Shown here piece by piece: positions 20,671 to 29,492 of a stretch of 64,000 nt of DNA (within the stretch, counting starts at the first letter, position 1; each line of letters begins with the position of its first letter). Below the pieces are notes generated by a model that ran no database searches, was not told the origin of the DNA, and was given only the letters and a program-made list of their open reading frames with translations. The stretch covers positions 1,600,001-1,664,000 of the forward strand of contig CBDIID010000003.1 in NCBI GenBank assembly GCA_965279515.1, written 5' to 3'. A program made the translations under genes and the position numbers. This DNA is from Turneriella sp. Lineage in GTDB: Bacteria > Spirochaetota > Leptospiria > Turneriellales > Turneriellaceae.

Positions 20671-21462
20671 CTATTTTCCGCGGTTGCAATCCTTATGGCG
20701 GCGACCGCCGCTGAATGACTTCGGCCCGCGCGGGCCCTTCTTGCCGCCATGGTCACGCGCGATGGCATCGACGTCGACAGATATTTCGCGCACTTCGACT
20801 GCATCGAGAAATGTACCGAAAGTATCTCCGTCACCGGTATCGGTGAATGCAATAGTCGTGACGGACGAGGTCGCCTCGATATAGACGGTCACGATCTGCC
20901 AGGCATCGGCAGCGGGTGTGATGTCGAGAGTGTATCCCTGCCCCGCGTTGACGTTGAGGCCCATCTTATGTTCCGCGTCACGGCCGCGCACCCAGAAACT
21001 CAGACGGTAAATGTGATTCACCTCGCTCGCAAATGATTGCATGAGTTTGATGCGCGCATCTGCAGTGCAGGCGTTGTCGGCGTCGAGTTCCGTGTATTGA
21101 TCCTGGTCGGGAGATGTGGAAAATAGATCCTTATTTTGCAATTCGATGAGCGGCGCCGTCGTGCAGGTTTTATCGACCCAGCTCGACTGCCATCCCGGAA
21201 CGGCGTCGTTTGTATACGTTGCCCAGGGTGTGGTCAGAACGGGATTTTCAAAAGAGCCATTGATGAGCAGGTTATCCCCGGTTTTCAGGTATTGCGACGG
21301 CAATGCCGCAGCCCCTGCGGGTGCCTGGCTCAGCTCTTGTTTATAAAGCGCAACCTTATCGAGCTCATTGGCTGCGAAATCGCTGGTATCGTCTGCCCCC
21401 TGGTTCGTGCGGGCGCATTGCAGGACCAATGCGAGAATAAAAACGACTGCGTATTTTGTCAT
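20671..21462 (-). CDS. Lipoprotein with DUF642-like galactose-binding-fold domain
   Basis: Lipobox LVLQC, NLLINGSFENP, VPGW, GTFLDAV. Start ATG 21462. Confidence 0.65.
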   Translation of the reverse strand: MTKYAVVFILALVLQCARTNQGADDTSDFAANELDKVALYKQELSQAPAGAAALPSQYLKTGDNLLINGSFENPVLTTPWATYTNDAVPGWQSSWVDKTCTTAPLIELQNKDLFSTSPDQDQYTELDADNACTADARIKLMQSFASEVNHIYRLSFWVRGRDAEHKMGLNVNAGQGYTLDITPAADAWQIVTVYIEATSSVTTIAFTDTGDGDTFGTFLDAVEVREISVDVDAIARDHGGKKGPRGPKSFSGGRRHKDCNRGK

Positions 21463-21531
21463 AACAGGGGGATGTATCCCCGCGGAAAACAGGACATCGT
21501 TTTCGGACCGCACGCTAAGAGCTGTTTCGGC

Positions 21532-21568
21532 TTGACATCATATGTATACATATAATACGTACACATAT
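21532..21568 (+). promoter_or_regulatory. Promoter with tandem palindromic operator (probable MarR boxes)
   Basis: TTGACA 21532, palindrome ATATGTATACATAT (21540-21553) and imperfect copy ATACGTACACATAT (21555-21568) upstream of the SRPBCC-MarR pair. Confidence 0.6.
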
Positions 21569-21586
21569 TAAATAGAGGGAGGATTT

Positions 21587-22012
21587 ATGTGGACTAAAAG
21601 TTTTTCAATGACAACAACAAAGGTAACAGCAAAGCAGATGTGGCAACTTCTGGCCGATGTGAACAACTGGCACACGTGGGATGAGGGTATCGAATACGCG
21701 CAGATGACGGGTGCTTTCGAGCAGGGAAACCATTTCATCCTGAAACCCAAGGGCGGGCCGAGGGTGAAAATCCGGCTCATTGAAACCGTCAAGAACCGGA
21801 AGTTTACCGATCTGACGCAATTTCCGCTGGCAAAAATGTACGGCGAGCATACCTTTGAAGAAACCGCCCAGGGACTCAAGATCACAACGACCATGAAGGT
21901 CGAGGGCATTTTGGGATTCCTGTGGCGTAAAATCGTCGCCGAAGGTATCGCCCATGCGCTGCCCCAGGAAACCGAGCGCCAGATCGCGCTTGCCGCCGCA
22001 TTGCCCGTCTGA
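21587..22012 (+). CDS. SRPBCC / polyketide cyclase family protein
   Basis: MWQLLADVNNWHTWD motif and GGAGG RBS. Confidence 0.85.
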   Translation: MWTKSFSMTTTKVTAKQMWQLLADVNNWHTWDEGIEYAQMTGAFEQGNHFILKPKGGPRVKIRLIETVKNRKFTDLTQFPLAKMYGEHTFEETAQGLKITTTMKVEGILGFLWRKIVAEGIAHALPQETERQIALAAALPV

Positions 22013-22023
22013 TCAAGGCAGCG

Positions 22024-22479
22024 ATGCCTAAACCCTTCGGTTTCGAGCGCGCCGACGACAGCCCGGGTTTTCTGCTGTGGCAGGTGACAAGCCTGTGGCA
22101 GCGGGAGATCCGGCGCGCGCTGACGCCGTTTGACCTGACGCATTCACAATTTGTGCTGCTCGCGAGCATCTACTGGCTGACGCTGAGCGGCGCTGAAGTC
22201 ACCCAGACGGCGCTTTCAAAACATTCGAAGATCGATGTCATGACGGTTTCCCAGGTCTTACGAGCACTGCAGGCGAGAAAACTTTTGCAACGCCGCGAGC
22301 ATAGTACCGACACCCGGGCCAAGGCCGTCGAGCTGACCGAAGCGGGAAAAAATGTCATTCAGCCGGCTGTCAAGGCCGTGGAAAAATTCGACGGCGAATT
22401 CTTTGCTGCGCTGAAAGGTAATCCCCTTGCCGACTTCAATACAAAGATGAAAAAACTGATTGCTTCCACCGGCACTTAA
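22024..22479 (+). CDS. MarR family transcriptional regulator
   Basis: SPGFLLWQV, DLTHSQFVLL, DTRAKAVELT. Confidence 0.92.
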   Translation: MPKPFGFERADDSPGFLLWQVTSLWQREIRRALTPFDLTHSQFVLLASIYWLTLSGAEVTQTALSKHSKIDVMTVSQVLRALQARKLLQRREHSTDTRAKAVELTEAGKNVIQPAVKAVEKFDGEFFAALKGNPLADFNTKMKKLIASTGT

Positions 22480-24248
22480 CCCGGTGTTTTTTTACTGATG
22501 ATCACGCGCGCGAACTGCGCGACATTTTCGATGATCGTATCAATGTCGCGCGCTTCGACCGCATACTCTTCGAGCGTCTGCTTCAAGAGCCCCGCGACGG
22601 CATTAAAATGCTGCATGGTGATCGGCAACCCGGCATGCGCCACGCGCAGCACATCAAAATCGTAAGGTATTTTTGCCCCCATCACGACGGCAATAAACCG
22701 GGTCTGGTGTTTGCGCAGGCGGTTCATATTCACCGAGCGAAAAAATTCGCCGACCATGGGGTTTGCGACAATTTTTTCGTAGAACGTCGCCACGATCTTT
22801 TCAATCGTCTGCCGCCTGCCGTATTTTTCATACAGGGTCAGCGTCGAATGGTCGAGGCCCAGATGGCGGAGCGCAGTCTGCAAATGAAATTTCGCCACGT
22901 AATCGGTGGGCGAATTTGCCAGGTATTCCTCGAAACCCTGCTTTGCATCACGGAAATCCCCCGCACGCAGCGCCTGCAATGCGAGAATGAACTGGCCGCG
23001 GTAAATCAGCCGCTCGTCTGCCTCTACGTCGGTATTGGCCGGCAATACCTCGTGGATTTCCATGACCTCTTTGCGCCCCCGCAGCAACGTCAAATCGACC
23101 AAACGGTGCAGCGGTTTCTTTTCGAGCTTATCGAGCGCGGTCTTTGAGATCAGAATCTGCGTGAGGTATTTTTTATTCAGCTGCTCGATGCGCGAGGTGG
23201 TATTGACCGCGTCGCTGATCACGGTATTTTCGAGGCGCATGCTTTCACCGATCGTGCCCAGCATGATCCTGCCGGTATGGATGCCGATACCGATACTGAG
23301 CGGATCCATACTGGCAGAGGCAAGGCTGTCGTTGAAGGGTTTCAGGCGCTGGTACATCGCCTGCGCCGCGGCGAGCGCGCCGTCAGCGGTTTCGAAAAGC
23401 CCCATGATCGCATCGCCGATATACTTGTCGATAAACCCGCCGTGTTCGCGTATCGTCGGGCCCATCACACTCAGATACTGGTTGATGAAGGTAAAATTCT
23501 CCGCCGGGGATAAACTTTCAGAGATTGCGCTGAAATTGCGGATATCGGAAAAAAGAATCGTCATCTCGCGCTCGGTACTTTCGCCCAGCCTGACATCATC
23601 AATACTGTCTTTTTTCAGAAAGCGCAGAAACTCCATCGGCACAAAACGCAGCATCGCCTGGCGCGCCGACTCGACCTTTTGCAGGGCATTGTCCATGATT
23701 GTGCGCAAAAGAAAGAGCAGAACTGTAACGAGAACCAGTGAAATGATGCTCGCCATAAAACCGACCTGCCCTGCAATGAGGAGATCCCCCTCGAGCTTTT
23801 CACGGATCAGAGAAAAAAACGCGGCATTACACAGCAGCAGAAACGCGGCCAGGGGAATAATAAGATACTTGCGGCCGAAAAAACCCATCACGAGCACAGG
23901 CACCGGAAAAAGATGGATGAAGCTGCTGTAAGCAGTGGCGTATTCACCGGTAATCTTTCTCCCCTGCGCCAAAAGCAGAATCACCGTCATCGCCAGCGAA
24001 AGCAGGTGCCCCGCGGCAAAGAGCATTCCATGGCGGAGCAAAAATTGCCCGGCGAGGGCTACAACCCAGGTAGCGATCATGGGCGGCGCAGCGACATGCA
24101 AGCGGTGCGGCAACCAGACGATATAGACCGCCAGGAAAACCGGTAGTGCGATCAGTAGTACGAGATTAAAATAATAGAGCGTCGCCGCGCGGCGGCCGGT
24201 AACATAATCGGCTTCGCGAAATTTGTTTAGTACATACCGGTGGGTCAT
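22476..24248 (-). CDS. Membrane class III adenylate cyclase with C-terminal group I truncated haemoglobin domain
   Basis: N-terminal TM helices. Cyclase motifs FSDIRNF, DKYIGDA, GIGIHTG, TVISDAVNTTSR. C-terminus TLYEKYG...FYEKI...FF...KHQ...AHAGLPI...HF. Confidence 0.88.
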   Translation of the reverse strand: MTHRYVLNKFREADYVTGRRAATLYYFNLVLLIALPVFLAVYIVWLPHRLHVAAPPMIATWVVALAGQFLLRHGMLFAAGHLLSLAMTVILLLAQGRKITGEYATAYSSFIHLFPVPVLVMGFFGRKYLIIPLAAFLLLCNAAFFSLIREKLEGDLLIAGQVGFMASIISLVLVTVLLFLLRTIMDNALQKVESARQAMLRFVPMEFLRFLKKDSIDDVRLGESTEREMTILFSDIRNFSAISESLSPAENFTFINQYLSVMGPTIREHGGFIDKYIGDAIMGLFETADGALAAAQAMYQRLKPFNDSLASASMDPLSIGIGIHTGRIMLGTIGESMRLENTVISDAVNTTSRIEQLNKKYLTQILISKTALDKLEKKPLHRLVDLTLLRGRKEVMEIHEVLPANTDVEADERLIYRGQFILALQALRAGDFRDAKQGFEEYLANSPTDYVAKFHLQTALRHLGLDHSTLTLYEKYGRRQTIEKIVATFYEKIVANPMVGEFFRSVNMNRLRKHQTRFIAVVMGAKIPYDFDVLRVAHAGLPITMQHFNAVAGLLKQTLEEYAVEARDIDTIIENVAQFARVIISKKTPG

Positions 24249-24308
24249 GGAAGAAACTCAGGAGGCGCCGCATGCTGCAAAGCAGAATGTGACCGCACGG
24301 CGCAAAAA

Positions 24309-25175
24309 TCACGGATTCAAGAGACCGAGAAAATTTCCCGAGAAGATTTTTTGTTTTTCGCCGGCTGAAACCGGCAGGCGCTCTATCCAACCGCGGATCT
24401 CTGTGTAATCATACCCGCGCTGCTCGTCGGAAAAACCGTAGGGCGCATCTGTGCCATAAAGGCAGCGATCCGCGCCCATTTCTTTGACTGCCGCGCGTGC
24501 GAGATTTTCGTCGATATAGGGACTCGAAAGATCGACGTAGATGTTGTGTTTCTTTGCGAAGTTCCACATATCCTGGTAAAAGGGAAATCCGGCATGTGCG
24601 GCAATGATCTTCAGGCGCGGAAATTTTTCGGCGATGGCGCGGTAATCGCCGCGCTTACCGAACCCCAGGTGAATGAGCGCGGGCAGGTTCAGTTCCTGCA
24701 TGCGTTCGAACAGCGGGTAAAGCAGGTCGGTGGTGTAATCATGCCAGTGCGGATGCAGCTTCACACCGATCATTCCCCGCTCGTTCCGCCATTTTTCGAG
24801 ATCGTCGAGAACATTCGGGTTATCGCGGGGGTTCAGGAATGCCCAGGCGAGAAAACGCTCAGGATATTTTTTTACCAGGGAAAATGCGGCGGCATTATCA
24901 GGAAAGGGATAGATCGCATACTCCTGCCCCGCGAGTTTCAGATTGCCTGTGTCTGTCAGCGTGAGCCGGTGCGCCAGCTCTGCCAGCGGGCGCGTGATAT
25001 TCGTCTGCATCATAAAACGCGCCGCGCCCAATAGGTACTCGGGTACATGCGGCAGGGGATCGTTCATTGCGGGAATAATGGCAACTTTGTCGACGCCGGC
25101 CGCATCGAGTTTCGCAATGAGATCGGTCTCCCCCAACATGCGGGGTTCAAAGTGGGCGTGCGAGTCGATGATCAT
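24309..25175 (-). CDS. Amidohydrolase family protein
   Basis: IDSHAH, GVKLHP, IHLG, AHAG, YGTDAP. Confidence 0.9.
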   Translation of the reverse strand: MIIDSHAHFEPRMLGETDLIAKLDAAGVDKVAIIPAMNDPLPHVPEYLLGAARFMMQTNITRPLAELAHRLTLTDTGNLKLAGQEYAIYPFPDNAAAFSLVKKYPERFLAWAFLNPRDNPNVLDDLEKWRNERGMIGVKLHPHWHDYTTDLLYPLFERMQELNLPALIHLGFGKRGDYRAIAEKFPRLKIIAAHAGFPFYQDMWNFAKKHNIYVDLSSPYIDENLARAAVKEMGADRCLYGTDAPYGFSDEQRGYDYTEIRGWIERLPVSAGEKQKIFSGNFLGLLNP

Positions 25176-25254
25176 GAACGAGACTAAGGCAATGACGCCA
25201 GCTGCCTACCAGTTTTTTTGAAAGCCCCGGTATGGCTGCATTGCAGTTGGGCGT

Positions 25255-26427
25255 GTGGCTAAAACCATCGCGATCATCGGCAGCGGCCCTGCGGCGCTCA
25301 TGGCTGCATCTGTACTCGCGGCGCACGGCCATGCACCGGCGATCTTCGAAAAGAATAAAGGCCCGGGGCACAAGCTGCTCATCGCCGGCGGTTCGGGCCT
25401 GAATATCAGCAACGAGCTGCCCCTCAACGAATTTATTGCCGCCTATAGCGGTGCGGGCATCCGCTGGATAGAACTCTTCGGAAAATTCTCTGCCACCGAC
25501 TGGCTGGACTTCATACACAAGCTGGGCCTCGAAACTTTTGCGGGTACCAGCGGCCGTTATTTTGTACGCGAGATGAAGGCTTCGGGACTGTTGCGGTCAT
25601 GGCTTGCCGAACTCGAAAGGCAAAATGTCAATTTCACCTACAGCCGAGAATGTGTGGGCTTTGACAGAAATGCGGGACAAATCAAACTGTTTTTCGCGGA
25701 CGGGTCAGAATTTGCCTGCGCTGCGGTCCTGTTTGCCCTCGGCGGGGGCAGCTGGCTGAAAGAAGAAGCGCTCTGGCCCCGGATTTTCAGGGCTCACCAT
25801 ATAACCGTGAATCCTTTCATACCGTCGAATGCCGGTTTCCAGGTGGCGTGGCATGAAAAGTTTATCGCCGAGGCTGAGAACCGGCCGTTGAAGAACATCG
25901 AATTTATCTCCGGTCTCGGCCGTAAAAGGGGCGACCTCATGATCACGCGTTATGGTATTGAAGGCACACCGGTCTACACTCTGGGCCGCAGCGAGACCTG
26001 CTTCATTGACCTGAAACCCGATCTTTCAGAGGCCGAGCTTCTCGAAAAACTCGATCGCGTTCCGGAAAACCTGTCGCCCCTGCGCCGCGCAAAACGTAAC
26101 CTCAACCTTGCGGATACCGCGCTCGCGCTGCTCTACCATGAAGCCCCGGCCGGCGCCCTGGAATCAACCGCCGCATTGGCGCGCACCATGAAGAACTTTC
26201 CGCTGCAGCTGGGCAGCAGGCAACCCTTGAGCGAAGCGATTTCTTCCGCCGGGGGTTTAGATCTCGCCGAGCTCGATGGGGATTTTATGCTGAAGAAAAT
26301 CCCCGGCGTTTTTGCCGCCGGCGAGATGCTCGACTGGGATGCGCCGACGGGTGGTTTTCTGATACAGGCCTGTGTCTCACAAGGGTTTGCCGCCGCACAC
26401 GGTATTTTAAAATACCTCCGTGCGTGA
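25255..26427 (+). CDS. NAD(P)/FAD-dependent oxidoreductase, HI0933/BaiN-like family
   Basis: IIGSGPAAL, KLLIAGGSGLN, ALGGGSW, GEMLDWDAPTGGFLIQ. Confidence 0.9.
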   Translation: MAKTIAIIGSGPAALMAASVLAAHGHAPAIFEKNKGPGHKLLIAGGSGLNISNELPLNEFIAAYSGAGIRWIELFGKFSATDWLDFIHKLGLETFAGTSGRYFVREMKASGLLRSWLAELERQNVNFTYSRECVGFDRNAGQIKLFFADGSEFACAAVLFALGGGSWLKEEALWPRIFRAHHITVNPFIPSNAGFQVAWHEKFIAEAENRPLKNIEFISGLGRKRGDLMITRYGIEGTPVYTLGRSETCFIDLKPDLSEAELLEKLDRVPENLSPLRRAKRNLNLADTALALLYHEAPAGALESTAALARTMKNFPLQLGSRQPLSEAISSAGGLDLAELDGDFMLKKIPGVFAAGEMLDWDAPTGGFLIQACVSQGFAAAHGILKYLRA

Positions 26428-26692
26428 AACGAAAGCTCCGCTGCTTTCGCTGCGTTGCGCCTGCAACCGCAGCGTCTTCAACGCGAATACATTCGCGCGC
26501 GCCATCTACAAGCGCCGCGACCGCTTTCTTCTGGCACTCGGCGCGACGCGGCGGCCGATACGCGTCGAAGTGCGCTGTGCCGTCTGTGAATTTCTGTTCG
26601 GCGTCAGCACCGACATCCGCCTCAGGGAAAAGAACTGCGCCGTCGACTCGCTGACGCTGGCTGACCTGGAAACCATCGATGGCATGCGCTGA
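26420..26692 (+). CDS. Small Cys-containing hypothetical protein (possible Zn-binding)
   Basis: CAC...CAVC pattern. Overlaps the upstream stop. Confidence 0.5.
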   Translation: MRETKAPLLSLRCACNRSVFNANTFARAIYKRRDRFLLALGATRRPIRVEVRCAVCEFLFGVSTDIRLREKNCAVDSLTLADLETIDGMR

Positions 26693-26737
26693 GGTTTATT
26701 GACATTGACGGCAAGACATCGCAAAACGCTTTCCCAT

Positions 26738-27130
26738 ATGGTCAGAACCCTTGTGTTCCTGTTTTCTCTCACCGCTTTCCATTGCCTGAACAACGGAAAA
26801 TCGTTTAATGAAGTCGAACCCAATGCGCTGCCGGCAACCGTCACCTGGACAGAGCATGCCTTACCGACGCTGAAAAAACATTGTAATGAATGCCACTCGA
26901 GCGGGCCCGAATCAAAATATGGCACGGTTTCGGGAATCGATTATTCTCTCTACGAAAACGCAATCCCCGTAGCAACAGCTTCAAATTCAAGCCAGAGAAA
27001 AAATGGTTTCCAGAATATACTAGGCACAGCTATCAATTCGAGCTACATGCCGCCGGGCAACAAAGAGCGGCTCAACCCGTATGAACGCGCTCTGCTGCTG
27101 CGTTGGCAAGAACAGGGGTTTCTGAAATGA
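26738..27130 (+). CDS. Monohaem c-type cytochrome lipoprotein
   Basis: Lipobox-like TAFHC, CNECH haem motif, distal MPP. Start ATG 26738. Confidence 0.8.
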   Translation: MVRTLVFLFSLTAFHCLNNGKSFNEVEPNALPATVTWTEHALPTLKKHCNECHSSGPESKYGTVSGIDYSLYENAIPVATASNSSQRKNGFQNILGTAINSSYMPPGNKERLNPYERALLLRWQEQGFLK

Positions 27131-28632
27131 ATCTGCGCGCACTGATCTGCCTCACGGCGCTCTTTGGGGCAACACAGCAAATAGCAGCATTGCCGATCTA
27201 TTCTTTCGGTGCCACGCGCACCTGCGACACATGCCATGCGACGCCCTTTGCCACCGACAAAGAAACAGAATGGAAAAATCCGGAGCTCAAATCGCGGAAA
27301 TGCAATATGTCGTGCCAGAGCTGCCATGTAAACCCATCGGGAGCCGGCATCCGTAACGGCCCGGGTCGTTATTTTGCGCAGGCTGCATTGCCGGTTTACA
27401 ACAAACAGGCCCGGCCATACCATGATCTCAACCGTAACCTGACTGATTACATCTCCCGCCTGACAGCAAAACCAGCACCTCAGGCAGCGCCAGAGCCAGC
27501 CACGAAACCGGCTGCGAAAGCTGTAGCGGCACCTGAAAAAGCCGACGCGGAAAAACGCTCCGACGCAAAACTTCCCTGGTTCTACAGCGGCGACTGGTTC
27601 AGCTGGGGCCATCCGCTCGATGCCCCCACAGTCGCAGAGCAGAGTGAATATGCTTTTCGCGGCGATCGTTATGGCACCATCAACGCCGATCCGTTTCTCA
27701 CCATCGGCGGCGATGTGCGGCTTGCAGCGTATAACACACCGGGAAACCCCATCGCCGTGTTTCCGATGCAGTTTGATGTCGGTACGGCTATCCACCCGAT
27801 CGAACACATCACCGTCTCGGCCACCGGCGGCGTGCAAGGCAGAACCTCGGGCTTTACAGATTCACTGCAAGATAAACGCAACAGCCCGGCAAAATTGCAA
27901 AACGCCTTCGTCATGATCCATGAACTCCCGTACCAGGCCTATCTGCAGGCCGGCGCGTTTTTGCCCGAGTACGGCATTCGTACAGAAGACCACACCGCCT
28001 TCAACCGTAAGCTCGTCGAGATGGACCCGACGCAACCTCAGAATGTTGTCTACGGTGTGCAGGCCGGTGCCGCGCCAAACTATCCCTACCTCAGCGCGAG
28101 TGGTTTTGCCACACGAAAATCAGATGGCACTCCCGATGGCGGCAGCGGTTATACCGCCAATCTCGCATGGCGCGATATTGCTTTCGGCGGCGGATTATCG
28201 CTGATGCAGAAATTCCGGCCGATGACGGGCACCCTGCCCTATGAAGTTACGGGCAATTTCACTACCGTAAGCGTCAACGCCTACTACAACCTGTGGGGAT
28301 TGTTCCCGTCGACGCGCTATACAGCGCCGATGATTATTCTCGCCGAATACAACATCGGAAAAATGCCGCGCACCACTTCGAGCGATCGTATCTTTAGTAT
28401 TCTCGCCATCGAATGGGATTGGCTCGCCTTCAACGGCTTTGTTTACCGCGCGGGCTACCAGATCCAGAATCAGGACATCGCGGTGATCTATTCGACACTC
28501 AACCGTATCAATACAGGTTTCGATCTGACGCTGGTTCCGGGCCTGCGCTTCACATTCGACGCACGCATGTATCTGGCTTCAGCGCGCAGTACCAGCACAG
28601 AGTTTATCTTATTTGCGCACGGTTATCTGTAG
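27127..28632 (+). CDS. Dihaem cytochrome c fused to outer-membrane beta-barrel (Cyc2-like cytochrome-porin)
   Basis: Signal peptide, CDTCH and CQSCH near the N-terminus, Pro/Ala linker, amphipathic beta strands ending FAHGYL. ATGA-coupled to the cytochrome gene. Confidence 0.7.
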   Translation: MNLRALICLTALFGATQQIAALPIYSFGATRTCDTCHATPFATDKETEWKNPELKSRKCNMSCQSCHVNPSGAGIRNGPGRYFAQAALPVYNKQARPYHDLNRNLTDYISRLTAKPAPQAAPEPATKPAAKAVAAPEKADAEKRSDAKLPWFYSGDWFSWGHPLDAPTVAEQSEYAFRGDRYGTINADPFLTIGGDVRLAAYNTPGNPIAVFPMQFDVGTAIHPIEHITVSATGGVQGRTSGFTDSLQDKRNSPAKLQNAFVMIHELPYQAYLQAGAFLPEYGIRTEDHTAFNRKLVEMDPTQPQNVVYGVQAGAAPNYPYLSASGFATRKSDGTPDGGSGYTANLAWRDIAFGGGLSLMQKFRPMTGTLPYEVTGNFTTVSVNAYYNLWGLFPSTRYTAPMIILAEYNIGKMPRTTSSDRIFSILAIEWDWLAFNGFVYRAGYQIQNQDIAVIYSTLNRINTGFDLTLVPGLRFTFDARMYLASARSTSTEFILFAHGYL

Positions 28633-28639
28633 GTTGGCC

Positions 28640-29491
28640 TCAGCCGGCCGCGTCTTTGCCCATGACGGTCCAGTCATGCTCGCCAAAACCTTTAGCGATC
28701 CACTGGTCCATGAGCGCAGCATAGCCCGGCACCATATTCAGGTGAGCGCCATGTTTTTCTGCCTCCGATAAAATCAGCCGCGCGTCCTTGCGGGCCATCC
28801 GCAGTTCCCACGACGGGTTTTCGTATTTGCCCGAAAGCATACGTTTGGCACGCGGCTGCACACTGGCGCCGGGGTTAAATGACTCAAACAGGTTTTCGAG
28901 TTCTTGCCGGGGGACATCCACCGCTTTTAAAAATGCCGCGGCATCGGCGAGACCCGTCGTGATCGCCATCAGCATAAGATTGCCTGCAAGTTTCATCGCT
29001 GCACCACGGCCCGCATCTTCGCCCAGGTAGACGAGCTTGCCCGTCATGGGCGTGAGAAAGGGGGATAACTTTTCGTACTGTTTTTTGTCGCCCGAGATGA
29101 GCATGACACCTGTGCTCTCGAGTGCATTTAACGGTGCCATAAAAACCGGCGCATGCTGGTACTGCACGCCGATACCGGCGAGATTTTTCACACGCTCTGC
29201 CGTACCGGAAACCGATGTCGTCGTATGATCAACGACAATGGTATCTTTGCCGAGCTCGGGCAGTATTTGCCTGATCACACTTTCCACAGCGTCATCGTCC
29301 GAAAGCACGAGATGCACGCGCCCGGCGCCTTTCACCGCATCCGTTACTTGCGGAAAAACCTTCGCGCCGTCTTTACCGAGCGCCGCGGCTTTGTCGAGTG
29401 TGCGGTTCCAGACATTCACCGTCTCGCCGCGCCTGAGCGCCGCGCGCACAAAGCCTGACCCCAGAAGTCCTGTTCCCAAAAAAGCGATCAT
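28640..29491 (-). CDS. NAD(P)-dependent oxidoreductase, beta-hydroxyacid dehydrogenase family
   Basis: FLGTGLLG, VWNRT, HAPV, MKLAGN, KDARL. Confidence 0.9.
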   Translation of the reverse strand: MIAFLGTGLLGSGFVRAALRRGETVNVWNRTLDKAAALGKDGAKVFPQVTDAVKGAGRVHLVLSDDDAVESVIRQILPELGKDTIVVDHTTTSVSGTAERVKNLAGIGVQYQHAPVFMAPLNALESTGVMLISGDKKQYEKLSPFLTPMTGKLVYLGEDAGRGAAMKLAGNLMLMAITTGLADAAAFLKAVDVPRQELENLFESFNPGASVQPRAKRMLSGKYENPSWELRMARKDARLILSEAEKHGAHLNMVPGYAALMDQWIAKGFGEHDWTVMGKDAAG

Positions 29492-29492
29492 T

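Noticed and set aside
27460..27545. Pro/Ala/Lys-rich repeat in the cytochrome-porin
   Set aside because: An ordinary low-complexity linker with no exact tandem DNA repeat.
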